Part shown: piece after piece, positions 17,471 to 26,375 of the stretch
How positions within the stretch are numbered: the stretch's first letter is position 1
How the letters are laid out: each line of letters opens with the position of its first letter
Assembly (NCBI GenBank): GCA_035534435.1
Contig: DATLRX010000057.1
Coordinates: 515-64,514, forward strand
Origin: Candidatus Acidiferrales bacterium
GTDB lineage: Bacteria > Chloroflexota > Dormibacteria > Aeolococcales > Aeolococcaceae
Reading direction: 5' to 3'
Length of the DNA: 64,000 bases
Notes under the pieces: generated by a model
Databases searched by the model: none
Told to the model about the DNA's origin: nothing
What the model saw: only the letters and a program-made list of their open reading frames with translations
Position numbers and translations under genes: made by a program

Positions 17471-17743
17471 CGAGTGCGACCTCCCGGGCGCGTGGACAGG
17501 TGGGTCGCCCCAGTATCGAGCGATGGAAGCGGGCGAATTCGGCGACCATCGTTCCGTCACCGCCCAGCGACAATCGCCATGGCGTCCTCCGCCCCCTGCG
17601 CGAACGTACTGGATGATGTGCACGCATGCTCGTCGTCGAACGCGTCGCAGGGGCTCCTGACAACCGTGCCTGAGCCCGGCGCGCCGCGACGAACGACCCG
17701 AAGGATCCTCACCGAGCCGCGGCGCCCTGCACGGATCCGCGCG

Positions 17744-19090
17744 ATGCCCTCGGCACCGTGGCTCGCGGTGGGCACCGTCTGCGTCGGCGCCTTCATGGGC
17801 CAACTCGACGCGAGCATCGTCTCGACGGCGCTGCCGGTCCTGCGCCTCAACCTGCATGCGTCGATCGCCGCCGTCGAGTGGGTGGTGCTGATCTATGTGC
17901 TCGTCCTTGCCGGGACCGTCGCCGCGGTCGGCAAGCTGGCCGACCGGATCGGTCGCAAGCTCCTCTACACGTACGGCTTCGGCATCTTCGTCGTCGGTTC
18001 CGCGGTGTGCGCCGTCGCACCGTCGCTCGGCGTCCTGGTGGCCGCGCGGTTCGTCCAGGCGATCGGCGCCGTCATGCTCCAGGCCAATTCATACGCACTC
18101 ATCCGAGACGTCCTGCCGGCGTCGAGGCTCGGCACCGGGCTCGGCATCCAGGGTGCGGCGCAGGCGGTCGGGCTCACCCTGGGACCGGTGCTCGGCGGTG
18201 CGCTCACCGCGCTCGGCGGATGGCGGCTGATCTTCCTCGTCAACGTGCCGATCGGGCTCGCCGGTCTCGCGCTCGGATGGTTCCTCCTGCCCCGAAGCAC
18301 ACACCGCGATGCGGAGAGCCGGGTGGATGCCCGGGGCACCGTGCTGCTGGCGGCGATCCCGTCAGCCCTGCTCGCCGCACTGTCGCTGGCCGCGCAGCGG
18401 GACGCGCCCGGGTGGGTGGTCCCGGCGCTCGTGGTGCTCGCCTGCCTCCTCGCCGCCGGCGCGTATGCCCGCCAGCGACGAGCTCCCGGTGCAGTGATCG
18501 ATGCCGCCCTGGTCCGGGTGCCCGCCTTCGTCGCCGGGATCAGCTCGGCGCTGCTCTCATACGTCGTGCTGTTCAGCTGCCTCGTCGCCGTGCCGTTCTT
18601 CCTCGAGCGGGAGGTGCACCTCGGAGCGGCCGCGGCGGGGTTCGAGCTCACCGCCCTGCCACTCGCCCTGGCGATCGTCGCCCCGCTGGGCGGAGTCATC
18701 CGCGACCGTTCCGGCCCGCGACTCCCCGCGGGGCTTGGGATGGCGATAGCCGCGCTCGGGATGGGCATCCTCGCACTCGCGGCGAGCCACCCCGGGCTCA
18801 CCGTCCCGGCCCTGGCCGTTGCCGGCGCCGGCATGGGGCTCTTCATCCCAGCGAACAATGCCGCCACGATGAGCGCCGCCCCGACCGAGCGCGGAGGCGC
18901 GGCCGGGGGGTTGCTGAACATGGCACGTGGCCTCGGCACCGCAATCGGGGTGTCCGTCACCTCGCTGGCGTTCGCGGCCGGACGCGGATTGATCGCGGTG
19001 GCACTGCTGATGATCTTCGTGTCGATCGCGGCCGGGATCACCGGTGTGGCCTGGTCGGTCCCGCGTATCCGCCGAGACCTCGAGGGCTGA
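17744..19090 (+). CDS. MFS transporter, DHA2 (EmrB/QacA-like, 14-TM) drug:H+ antiporter family
   Basis: ATG 17744 in ORF 17165..19090(+). VGAFMGQLDASIVSTALP and GKLADRIGRKLLY motifs, with many TM helices. Confidence 0.85.
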   Translation: MPSAPWLAVGTVCVGAFMGQLDASIVSTALPVLRLNLHASIAAVEWVVLIYVLVLAGTVAAVGKLADRIGRKLLYTYGFGIFVVGSAVCAVAPSLGVLVAARFVQAIGAVMLQANSYALIRDVLPASRLGTGLGIQGAAQAVGLTLGPVLGGALTALGGWRLIFLVNVPIGLAGLALGWFLLPRSTHRDAESRVDARGTVLLAAIPSALLAALSLAAQRDAPGWVVPALVVLACLLAAGAYARQRRAPGAVIDAALVRVPAFVAGISSALLSYVVLFSCLVAVPFFLEREVHLGAAAAGFELTALPLALAIVAPLGGVIRDRSGPRLPAGLGMAIAALGMGILALAASHPGLTVPALAVAGAGMGLFIPANNAATMSAAPTERGGAAGGLLNMARGLGTAIGVSVTSLAFAAGRGLIAVALLMIFVSIAAGITGVAWSVPRIRRDLEG

Positions 19091-19100
19091 GGCTCGGACG

Positions 19101-20159
19101 TCAGTCCGGCGCAGCGGGGTACCAGCGGCCGGGGTTCTCGCCCGCCCGGCGGGCGCGCCCCGAACGCTCGAGGAGCACCAGGTGCGCGAGCGTCTCTCCG
19201 ACGGCCGCGCGGCGCATGAAGCCCTTGATCTCCGACCAGTCACGCGACCAGCGCAGCAGGAGCGTGACGTCCCAGCATGTGGCTCCTGGCGATGCGGTGA
19301 TCGCCGCCATGGTCTCTTCGAGCCGGCGCCGGTGGTGATCGATGAGCTGGTCGACGCGCGGCGCGAGACCGCGAAACCGCCACTCGTGAGCCGGAAGCAC
19401 CTCATCGATGTCGAGGTCGCGCACGGCGGCGAGCGCGTCGAGGAAGTCCGCGAGCGGGTTGTCGGGCTGCTGGACGTGGACCGCGATGCTCGGGCTGATC
19501 CTCGGGAGCACGTGATCGCCGCTGAACAGCAGGCGGCGGTCACCGTCGAGGAAGCAGACATGGCCCGGTGAGTGTCCCGGTGTGTGCAGGGTGGTCAGGT
19601 CCCACCCCTTGAGCGGGACTCGCGTGCGGTCCTCGAGGAGCATGTCGGGAAGTGCCGCGGCGACGAACTCGCGCACCCCCATCGAGGCGACCGTGAGCTC
19701 CGAGCGCATCTCCTCGGGCACGCCTGCCTCGACGAGGAGCGCGGCCATGCTCGCGAGCAGGGCGGTCACGCCGGTGCCGTATCGGGCTGGGATCAGCGCC
19801 GCGTCGGCCGGGTGGAGGGCGATCCAGGCCCCCGACGCGTCGCGGAGCCGGCCGGCAAGGCCGTAGTGGTCGGGGTGGATGTGAGTGACGAGGATCGCCC
19901 GGACGTCGGCCGGCGCGTATCCGGCGACCGCCATACCGGACATCAGCGCCGCCCACGCCTCCTCGGTGCTCCAGCCGGTGTCGATCACCGCGAGGCCGTC
20001 GTCGGCCTCGAGCAGATAGACGAGGACGTAGCGCAGCGGGTTGTTCGGCAGCGGTACGGGCACCGACCAGAGGCCGGGACGAACCTGTTCCACATCGGGA
20101 AGCCCGGGGGCGTCCCACGAGCGCCGCTGCGCTGTCCCGGTGACCTCGATGCCCGCCAT
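19101..20159 (-). CDS. MBL-fold metallo-hydrolase
   Basis: ATG 20159 in ORF 19101..20216(-). LVTHIHPDHYG and HTPGHSPGH; the C-terminal part looks winged-helix-like. Confidence 0.8.
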   Translation of the reverse strand: MAGIEVTGTAQRRSWDAPGLPDVEQVRPGLWSVPVPLPNNPLRYVLVYLLEADDGLAVIDTGWSTEEAWAALMSGMAVAGYAPADVRAILVTHIHPDHYGLAGRLRDASGAWIALHPADAALIPARYGTGVTALLASMAALLVEAGVPEEMRSELTVASMGVREFVAAALPDMLLEDRTRVPLKGWDLTTLHTPGHSPGHVCFLDGDRRLLFSGDHVLPRISPSIAVHVQQPDNPLADFLDALAAVRDLDIDEVLPAHEWRFRGLAPRVDQLIDHHRRRLEETMAAITASPGATCWDVTLLLRWSRDWSEIKGFMRRAAVGETLAHLVLLERSGRARRAGENPGRWYPAAPD

Positions 20160-20166
20160 GCGGGCG

Positions 20167-21015
20167 TCAGGCGCCGGCGGGAGTGGCGGCGAGATGCTCC
20201 AGGACGACGTCGGCAACGTCGTCCCAATGCTGCTCCGGAATCCAGTGGGAGCCGCCCTCCAGCTCGAGGAGGTGATACGCGTCCGTGCAGTGCTCCGCCG
20301 TCAGCTCGACCGCCTCGCGCGTGAACACCGGGTCGTGGTCGCCCCAGATGTACAGCACGGGGACGTCGACCGGCTTGGCATGCGCCGGCTCGGTGCCGAG
20401 CGCCCGGTACCAGTTGAGCGCGCCGGTCGGTCCCACGGCGCGCAGTGCCGCGACGTCCTGATGGGCATGGGCTTTGCTCAAGCCCGTCGCCATGAGCAAC
20501 GACTCGGCGGTGACTCCGCCACCCGCTTCAAAGAGCGATTCGGCGACACGTGGGAGCCGGAGGATGGGGATGTACGCCATCTGCACGCGTTGACGGGCAC
20601 CGCGAAGCGCCTCCCGCAGTGCGGCGGTGTGCGGGGTTGAGACCGCACAGAGAGACGCGACGGTGTCGGGATGGTCGCCGGCGAGCGCCCATGCAACGGT
20701 GCCGCCCCAGTCGTGGCCGATGACATGGAAGCGCTGCGCACCGAGCGTCGATGCCATCGCAAGCACGTCGTCGCAGAGCTCGCTGACGCGGTATGCATCG
20801 ACGCCCACCGGAGACGCGCCCGCCGAATAGCCGCGCTGGCTGGGTGCGACGGCGCGATATCCCGCGTCCCCAAGCGTCGCGAGGGCATCGCGCCAGCAGG
20901 ACGCGTTCTGCGGGAAGCCGTGGAGGAGCAGAACGAGCTCGCCCGTGGCAGGCCCGGCAGTGAGCGCGTCGAAGTGCATCCCGTTCGCCGCGATGGTCGT
21001 GTGCCTCACAGACAC
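20167..21015 (-). CDS. alpha/beta hydrolase (epoxide hydrolase/haloalkane dehalogenase-like)
   Basis: 282 aa. LLLHGFPQN and nucleophile elbow GHDWGG. Confidence 0.8.
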   Translation of the reverse strand: MSVRHTTIAANGMHFDALTAGPATGELVLLLHGFPQNASCWRDALATLGDAGYRAVAPSQRGYSAGASPVGVDAYRVSELCDDVLAMASTLGAQRFHVIGHDWGGTVAWALAGDHPDTVASLCAVSTPHTAALREALRGARQRVQMAYIPILRLPRVAESLFEAGGGVTAESLLMATGLSKAHAHQDVAALRAVGPTGALNWYRALGTEPAHAKPVDVPVLYIWGDHDPVFTREAVELTAEHCTDAYHLLELEGGSHWIPEQHWDDVADVVLEHLAATPAGA

Positions 21016-21084
21016 TGTGATGCCAGCGTATCAGGCAGCCGTCGCGCGATACCCGCGACGCGCGTGTTCCTGCACCATGCGCGA

Positions 21085-21873
21085 GTGGCCGATGCGCTGT
21101 TCACGCCCGACGCCGGACGGTTCGTACCGAGCGAGCACACCCGCGGACCCTGGGATCCCGCCGCCATGCACGGAGGCGCGCCTGCGGCGCTGATCGGTGG
21201 CGTGATGGAGGCGATGCCGTCCGATGTACCGATGTCCATCGTGCGCACCACGGTCGACATCTTCCGACCGGTGCCACTGCGTCCACTGACCGTCTCCGCG
21301 CGTATCGAGCGCAATGGCCGTCGCGTGCAACTGCTCAGCGCAACGTTGATGGACGGCGACGTCGAAGTCTGTCGCGCTTCGGCGTGGCGCATGCGTGTCA
21401 CCGACCTCGACCTGGGGGCGCCGGAGCACGGTCCTCTCCCGTTTGCAGGACCGCACCAGTCGACTCCGCATGTCCCGGAGTCCGACGAGCCCGCGTTTCA
21501 CCGCACCGGCATCGAAATGCGATATGCGGAAGGCGCGTTCCTCGAACCAGGCAACGCGATCGCGTGGTTGCGACTCACGATGCCGGTGATCGCCGGCGAA
21601 TCACCGACACCGTTGCAGCGTGCGCTTGCAGCCGCGGACTTCGGCAACGGTGTCAGCGCGGTGCTGCCGTGGGATCAGTTCGTGTTCATCAACACCGATC
21701 TGACCGTGTACCTCCATCGCGACCCCGAGGGTGAGTGGGTCTGCCTCGATGCGGGCACGGAAGTCGATGCACGCGGCATCGGCCTCGCGCACAGTCGCCT
21801 GTACGACGAGCGCGGGCCCGTGGGCCGCTCATTGCAAGGGCTGTACGTCGACCGGCGACCGGCCGGTACCTGA
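21085..21873 (+). CDS. thioesterase-family (double hotdog, acyl-CoA thioesterase-like) protein
   Basis: GTG 21085 in ORF 20671..21873(+). GPWDPAAMHGGAPAAL near the N-terminus and ...DLTVYLHRDPEGEWVCL near the C-terminus resemble the TesB-like thioesterase family. Confidence 0.6.
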   Translation: MADALFTPDAGRFVPSEHTRGPWDPAAMHGGAPAALIGGVMEAMPSDVPMSIVRTTVDIFRPVPLRPLTVSARIERNGRRVQLLSATLMDGDVEVCRASAWRMRVTDLDLGAPEHGPLPFAGPHQSTPHVPESDEPAFHRTGIEMRYAEGAFLEPGNAIAWLRLTMPVIAGESPTPLQRALAAADFGNGVSAVLPWDQFVFINTDLTVYLHRDPEGEWVCLDAGTEVDARGIGLAHSRLYDERGPVGRSLQGLYVDRRPAGT

Positions 21874-21884
21874 CGCGCCTGACT

Positions 21885-22601
21885 TCAGCCGCCGACGAGG
21901 CTCTGGACCCGGGGATCCTCCCGGATGGGAGCGAGATCCGGATCGTTCCTCGCCCAGGCACGGAGGTCCGGCTGACTGTGGAGCGCGCTCCCCAGCAGCG
22001 GCAGCGCCTCCTCCACCCGTGCATTGCGAGCGTAGAAACACGCGAGGTTGAAATCGGCGACGGCCCTGTCCTCGGGGTCGGGAAAGAGCTCGGTCTCGAG
22101 CGTGTATGCCCACAGCGCTGTCGCCTCCGCGCCGGCCGGATCACCGTGTTCCCCCAACCACGACGACACGTGCTGCGCCACGTGCGCATGACCGTTGCCG
22201 GGCACGAGGCGCCAGACCGCGCCACCGGTGGGGCGCTCGCGGCGCAGCTCGTCGTCGGTGCACGCGGCGACGGCCTTCTTGAGCGCAGCGTATGTGGCGG
22301 CAGAGGCGGCGCGAACCGCTTCTGAGGTGTCATGCCGGTGAGCCTCGTAGATCTCGGCGTTGCGGCCATCGAGCTCGCTGTCGTCGAACGGCCCTTCCAG
22401 CGGCGCGCCGACGCGCATCGAGTCGAGCGTGTGCGCTGCATGCTCCCGCCATGTGTTCAGATGCGCGATGTTGTCCTTCGCCGTCCAGCGCCCCGCCTCG
22501 GCAGCCGGTGAGTCATCACACAGCGCGATGAGCACCTCCTCGCGCTCCTGCGCAGCATCCAGTGTCTGCTGGAGACGATCCCGCAGGCTCGCTTCCGTCA
22601 T
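21885..22601 (-). CDS. DinB-fold (ClbS/DfsB- or DinB_2-like) domain fused to a C-terminal TPR-like helical domain
   Basis: ATG 22601 in ORF 21885..22733(-). WTAKDNIAHLNTWREHAAH and GNGHAHVAQH give the His pattern of DinB-type four-helix bundles. The C-terminus ADFNLACFYARNARVEEALPLLGSALHSQPDLRAWARNDPDLAPIRE is TPR-like. The ATG overlaps the helicase stop (ATGA). Confidence 0.55.
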   Translation of the reverse strand: MTEASLRDRLQQTLDAAQEREEVLIALCDDSPAAEAGRWTAKDNIAHLNTWREHAAHTLDSMRVGAPLEGPFDDSELDGRNAEIYEAHRHDTSEAVRAASAATYAALKKAVAACTDDELRRERPTGGAVWRLVPGNGHAHVAQHVSSWLGEHGDPAGAEATALWAYTLETELFPDPEDRAVADFNLACFYARNARVEEALPLLGSALHSQPDLRAWARNDPDLAPIREDPRVQSLVGG

Positions 22602-25600
22602 GCGCTCAGCATAGCGAGGGCCGGGGATGCCGCGCCCCACGGGGCGGCCATCTCCACGTATCGGCACAACGCGTTCACCAGCCGCATCTGTTCGGGCGTG
22701 TGACAGCGCGCGCGAAGAAGCTCCGGCGAGCACACGAGAATCGACACGGCCCGCGCGCGGGATACCGCCACGTTGAGTCGGTTCAGGCTGAAGAGGAACT
22801 CCAGGTTGCGCGGGAGATCCTCGACACTCGACGTCGCCATCGAGAAGATGCTCACCGCTGCCTCCTGACCCTGAAAGCGATCCACGGTGCCGACCCTGGC
22901 GCCCTGTGGGAGCGCCTCCACGAGGCAGGCAACATGCGCGTTGTACGGCGCCACAACCACGATGTCATCGAGCGTCAGCGGTCGCTCCTCGTCGCTGTCC
23001 GAACGCCAGGTTCCGCGCGTCAACTGTTCGATGATCTCGCGGACGTGCCGCGCTTCGTCATCGGAGCGGATTCGATCCCCGGCGTGCTCGACGAACGCGT
23101 GGCGGAGTCCCGTCATCGCCACGCCGTCCTCGAGCACCGCCTGGCGCGCGCACTGCGGTTCGGAACCGAGACGGCTTTCGTAGAAGGAGCGCGAGATGAA
23201 CGCGCTGACGTCAGGATGCATGCGCCATGTGAGGTCGAGCAGCACGCCACGATCGGGCGCGATGGTGACGTCACCGCCGAGGAGATGGTCGAGGGCCGAC
23301 ACGCCGACTCCCGGGGGATGACTGCCCTGCAGCGGCTGGGCAAGCTGGCGCGGATCGCCCACAAGCACGAGGTTGCGCGCGGCGCGCGAGACCCCCAGAG
23401 CGTCGGACAGGGACAGCTGGCCGGCCTCGTCGATGACGAGTGTGTCGAACATCCCTTCGAGTTCCGGCCGGGAGAACAGCCACGACGTGCCGCCGACGAT
23501 GTCGACTGCGTCCTCAGACAGTGCGCGCTCAACGTCGCCGGGGGAACGTGCCATCCGGATCGCGTCAGTTCCCGCTGTCGACGAACGCTGATGGATCATC
23601 CGCGGCATCGGGCCGAACCTCGGTGCGAGCTCCTCGATCTTGCCCAACAGCGTCCGGATCGCGCTGTGCGAGAGGGCTGTGATCCCGATCGGGCCACGTC
23701 CGTGGTCGAGCAGCGCGAGAATCGCTTCCGCCGCGGTATGGGTCTTGCCGGCTCCCGGTGGTCCCTGGATCGGGAGGCATCCGGCATTGAGGTCGAGGAT
23801 CAGGCGAGTTGCGGTTTGTGACGCCGTCTCGCCCGCGATCCGGAGCTCACCGTGAGGATCGGTGCACCGTCGCGGTGGGAGGCGCATGAGCAGATCACGA
23901 CCGGCACGCCGCGCGCCCGGCGCATCGACACCGTGCGCGACCACCCAGCGCGCCAGATCGAGCAGTGATTCCTCCTGCGCATCGGTCTGAATCGGCGTCG
24001 TCGGTATGAGAAAACGTGGCGACCCCCATGCCATCTGTGCCGGCGTGCGCGACAGCGTGATCTCTCCTCGAGCCGAGTCGAGCTCCGTCACTTCGCCCGC
24101 GGTCACCGCCCATCCTCGGTCGTTGCGCACGTGCGGATTCAGCGGCTTGTCGTCCTTGCCGATCCGGTGCTCCTGTGGCTCGAACCGGTAGCGCTCGATG
24201 ACACGTGAGCCCTCCTCGCGCGAACCGATCTGCACCAGCGGCCCCAGGGCGTACGTGTCGTTCTCGAGCTCCTCGGCCGTCATCGCGATCTGGTCGAAGT
24301 GACGCCACCAGCCGACCTTGCTCTCGCGCCGGTGATACGAGAGCACCGGGGCAAGCAACCATCGCGCCTGTTCCACGGCGATCCGTTCCTCCGGCGCGCC
24401 GGGGACTCCGGCGACGAGCGCCGCGGCAACGTCCTGCGTGGCACCGACCTTGTCGTGGACTGCGTCGGGAACACCACGCTCAACAGGTTCGGGTCGCTCA
24501 ACGGGGGCGCCACGAAGCGCCTCCTCCTCGGCACGTCGCGCCTCGAGCCAGTCGCGCAACAGCGCCGTCGATGCGCAGTCGCGCGCGTTGTACAGCGCGA
24601 TCTCGTCGAGCAGGAACGAGTCGCCGTCACTCCCGTCCTCGCGGCTGATCAACCAGCGCTCGTACATCACCATGCTGCCCGCGGCATCGGCGATCGACTC
24701 CTCGCGCGCCGGCATGTAGAGGCGTTCCACCTTCTTGAGCGAGTACGAGTCGGTCGACAACCGGATTCCCTGGCGCACGACGCGATAGAGGTCGACGAGC
24801 ACCTCGTTGCGCAGCAGGCGGTCCACCTCCTCCTCGCGAGTGCCGTGCCGGCTCATGAGCCGGCGCAGCGCGGTCTTCTCATACGCGGCGTAGTGGTAGA
24901 TGTGCATGTCGGGATACCGGTCGAGCTGCGCGATCGCGAAGTCGACGAAGTCCTCGAAGGCGCTCTTCTCCCCTGCCTCGTCGTGTCCCCACCACGGGTG
25001 GTACGTGCCCAGTATGTCGACGGCGCCGAACAGGTACTCGAGCGGGACGTCGCGCGCCAGGCCGTCGCCCTCCATGTCGAAGAACAGATCCCCGGGGGAT
25101 GGCGTGGGGAGCGCGCAGAGACCGTGCCCGACCTCCCACGCGTCGAGCAACTCGTAGCGCGGCGTGCCGTCGGCCTCGGGCCCCCTGTGCTGCAACGCGG
25201 CCTGCGCGCGAAGGGAGCGGAAGGTGTCGGCCTGCATGCGCGCCGGGGGCTCCGCGTCGGCGTCCGTCAGCGCGAGCGCCGTCATCGTGTCGATGCCCGC
25301 CGACTGCAACACCAGCACCTGACCCGAGCGCATCCGCGCGACCTCGGAGAGATGATCGTCCTGCCTCCGCTGCGCGGCGCATCGCTTCGCATAGCCGCAC
25401 GTGCCGCAGTGCGCAACCGGATCGGGATACGTGTCATCGAGTCCGGCGAGCATCGCCACGTCGAAATCGCGCTTCACCGACGCGTGGTACGCGGAGAACT
25501 CGTCGACGCGGTACGGATGCTCCGTGCCGTCGCCGAGGATCACCTGCATCAGTTGCGGCGCCGTGCCCTGCAGGCGCTGCAGGTGCGCGGAGTACTCGCA

Positions 25601-26068
25601 GAGCTGGAGCAGCGCCTCGGACCGCACTCTGCGCGCCAGCTTCGCGTCGGCAGCCTCGTACGAGAACGCGCCGAGGTTACTCGGGCGGTCGACACGCAGT
25701 AGGAAATCCGCCCGGCCGAGCCAGCGACCGTCGAAGAACGTCGGCTGGTAAATGACGTCATATCCGTCGCGCATCGCGGAAAGCGTCTCCGCCTCGAGCG
25801 CCTCGAGCTCGGCGGCGGTGCTCGCATGGCGGTCCTGGCCGTCCTCGAATGCCTTGATGCGCAGATTCCGCGCGGACAGCGTCTCGAGGTGGTGCCGCTC
25901 GTGCCCGGCGCCGAGGTTCGCAAGCACCTCGCTCAGTGCGGAGGGATCGCGTTCGATCTGCTCGCCGGCAGCCACACGCCGCTTCAGCGAGACGAGATGG
26001 CCACATGCCAGGTAGTCGCAGAGGTCGGTGGCCGTGTACACCGGACGGCCGTCGGCGAGGAAGCGCAT
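22598..26068 (-). CDS. fusion protein: Cas4/RecB-like 4-Cys PD-(D/E)XK nuclease + RNase-H-fold (DEDD-like) exonuclease (TM0106/TIGR03491-like) + SF1B Upf1/Dna2-like helicase
   Basis: ATG 26068 (MRFLADGRPVYTATDL) in ORF 22598..26440(-), 1156 aa. Nuclease: CDYLAC, GRADFL, YEAADAKL, QLCEY, HCGTCGYAKRC. Exonuclease-like: LFFDMEGD, HIYHYAAYEKTAL. Helicase: GPPGAGKTH, VIDEAGQ, VGDPRQL, TVDRFQGQE, VAVSRAR. Confidence 0.85.
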   Translation of the reverse strand: MRFLADGRPVYTATDLCDYLACGHLVSLKRRVAAGEQIERDPSALSEVLANLGAGHERHHLETLSARNLRIKAFEDGQDRHASTAAELEALEAETLSAMRDGYDVIYQPTFFDGRWLGRADFLLRVDRPSNLGAFSYEAADAKLARRVRSEALLQLCEYSAHLQRLQGTAPQLMQVILGDGTEHPYRVDEFSAYHASVKRDFDVAMLAGLDDTYPDPVAHCGTCGYAKRCAAQRRQDDHLSEVARMRSGQVLVLQSAGIDTMTALALTDADAEPPARMQADTFRSLRAQAALQHRGPEADGTPRYELLDAWEVGHGLCALPTPSPGDLFFDMEGDGLARDVPLEYLFGAVDILGTYHPWWGHDEAGEKSAFEDFVDFAIAQLDRYPDMHIYHYAAYEKTALRRLMSRHGTREEEVDRLLRNEVLVDLYRVVRQGIRLSTDSYSLKKVERLYMPAREESIADAAGSMVMYERWLISREDGSDGDSFLLDEIALYNARDCASTALLRDWLEARRAEEEALRGAPVERPEPVERGVPDAVHDKVGATQDVAAALVAGVPGAPEERIAVEQARWLLAPVLSYHRRESKVGWWRHFDQIAMTAEELENDTYALGPLVQIGSREEGSRVIERYRFEPQEHRIGKDDKPLNPHVRNDRGWAVTAGEVTELDSARGEITLSRTPAQMAWGSPRFLIPTTPIQTDAQEESLLDLARWVVAHGVDAPGARRAGRDLLMRLPPRRCTDPHGELRIAGETASQTATRLILDLNAGCLPIQGPPGAGKTHTAAEAILALLDHGRGPIGITALSHSAIRTLLGKIEELAPRFGPMPRMIHQRSSTAGTDAIRMARSPGDVERALSEDAVDIVGGTSWLFSRPELEGMFDTLVIDEAGQLSLSDALGVSRAARNLVLVGDPRQLAQPLQGSHPPGVGVSALDHLLGGDVTIAPDRGVLLDLTWRMHPDVSAFISRSFYESRLGSEPQCARQAVLEDGVAMTGLRHAFVEHAGDRIRSDDEARHVREIIEQLTRGTWRSDSDEERPLTLDDIVVVAPYNAHVACLVEALPQGARVGTVDRFQGQEAAVSIFSMATSSVEDLPRNLEFLFSLNRLNVAVSRARAVSILVCSPELLRARCHTPEQMRLVNALCRYVEMAAPWGAASPALAMLSA

Positions 26069-26328
26069 CAGCGAAGCATCCTCGCTCGGCGGCGGCCGCG
26101 CTCGCGCGCGATCGGAAGGCTGAGCTGCCGGCCGCCCGTGCGGCGCGTGCGGTCCGCCCTGTCCGGCGTCGACGGGACCAACGCCGGGGCGCTCTCCAGC
26201 GAGAGCGTTCGCGACATCGCGAACAGCTCGGCCCGGCGAGCCATCAGTGCCTGGGCGCGGGCAAGGTACTGCCCGTCGCGGTCGGCCATGCCGCGGTCCT
26301 GCGCAACGTTCGTGGGATCCATGGCCAC
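26068..26328 (-). CDS. possible small protein (73-86 aa), translationally coupled to the nuclease-helicase
   Basis: ORF 26068..26328(-). Third codon positions are almost all G/C when read by hand, which looks like coding. The stop TGA (26070-26068) shares a base with the helicase ATG (TGATG). Start could be GTG 26328, ATG 26322 or the later ATG of MADRDGQ. Helical N-part and Arg-rich tail; no family recognised. Confidence 0.45.
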   Translation of the reverse strand: MAMDPTNVAQDRGMADRDGQYLARAQALMARRAELFAMSRTLSLESAPALVPSTPDRADRTRRTGGRQLSLPIARERGRRRARMLR

Positions 26329-26369
26329 AGCGTGGCGGGGGGCCGCGACAGGAGCCTGTCGCGTAGGGT
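26329..26369. promoter_or_regulatory. divergent promoter region with a perfect 9-2-9 palindrome (operator candidate)
   Basis: CGCGACAGG-AG-CCTGTCGCG at 26344-26363. On the plus strand TAGGGT (26364-26369) lies 6 nt before the GNAT GTG 26376. On the minus strand TGTCGCGG-N8-CACGCT (26350-26329) lies just before the small-ORF start. Confidence 0.5.
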
Positions 26370-26375
26370 GACCGG

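Noticed and set aside
22562-25702. Plus-strand ORFs of 419 aa (22562-23821) and 467 aa (24299-25702) antisense to the nuclease-helicase
   Set aside because: No recognisable motifs and Arg-rich composition. The minus strand carries a continuous 1156-aa protein with ordered nuclease and helicase motifs.
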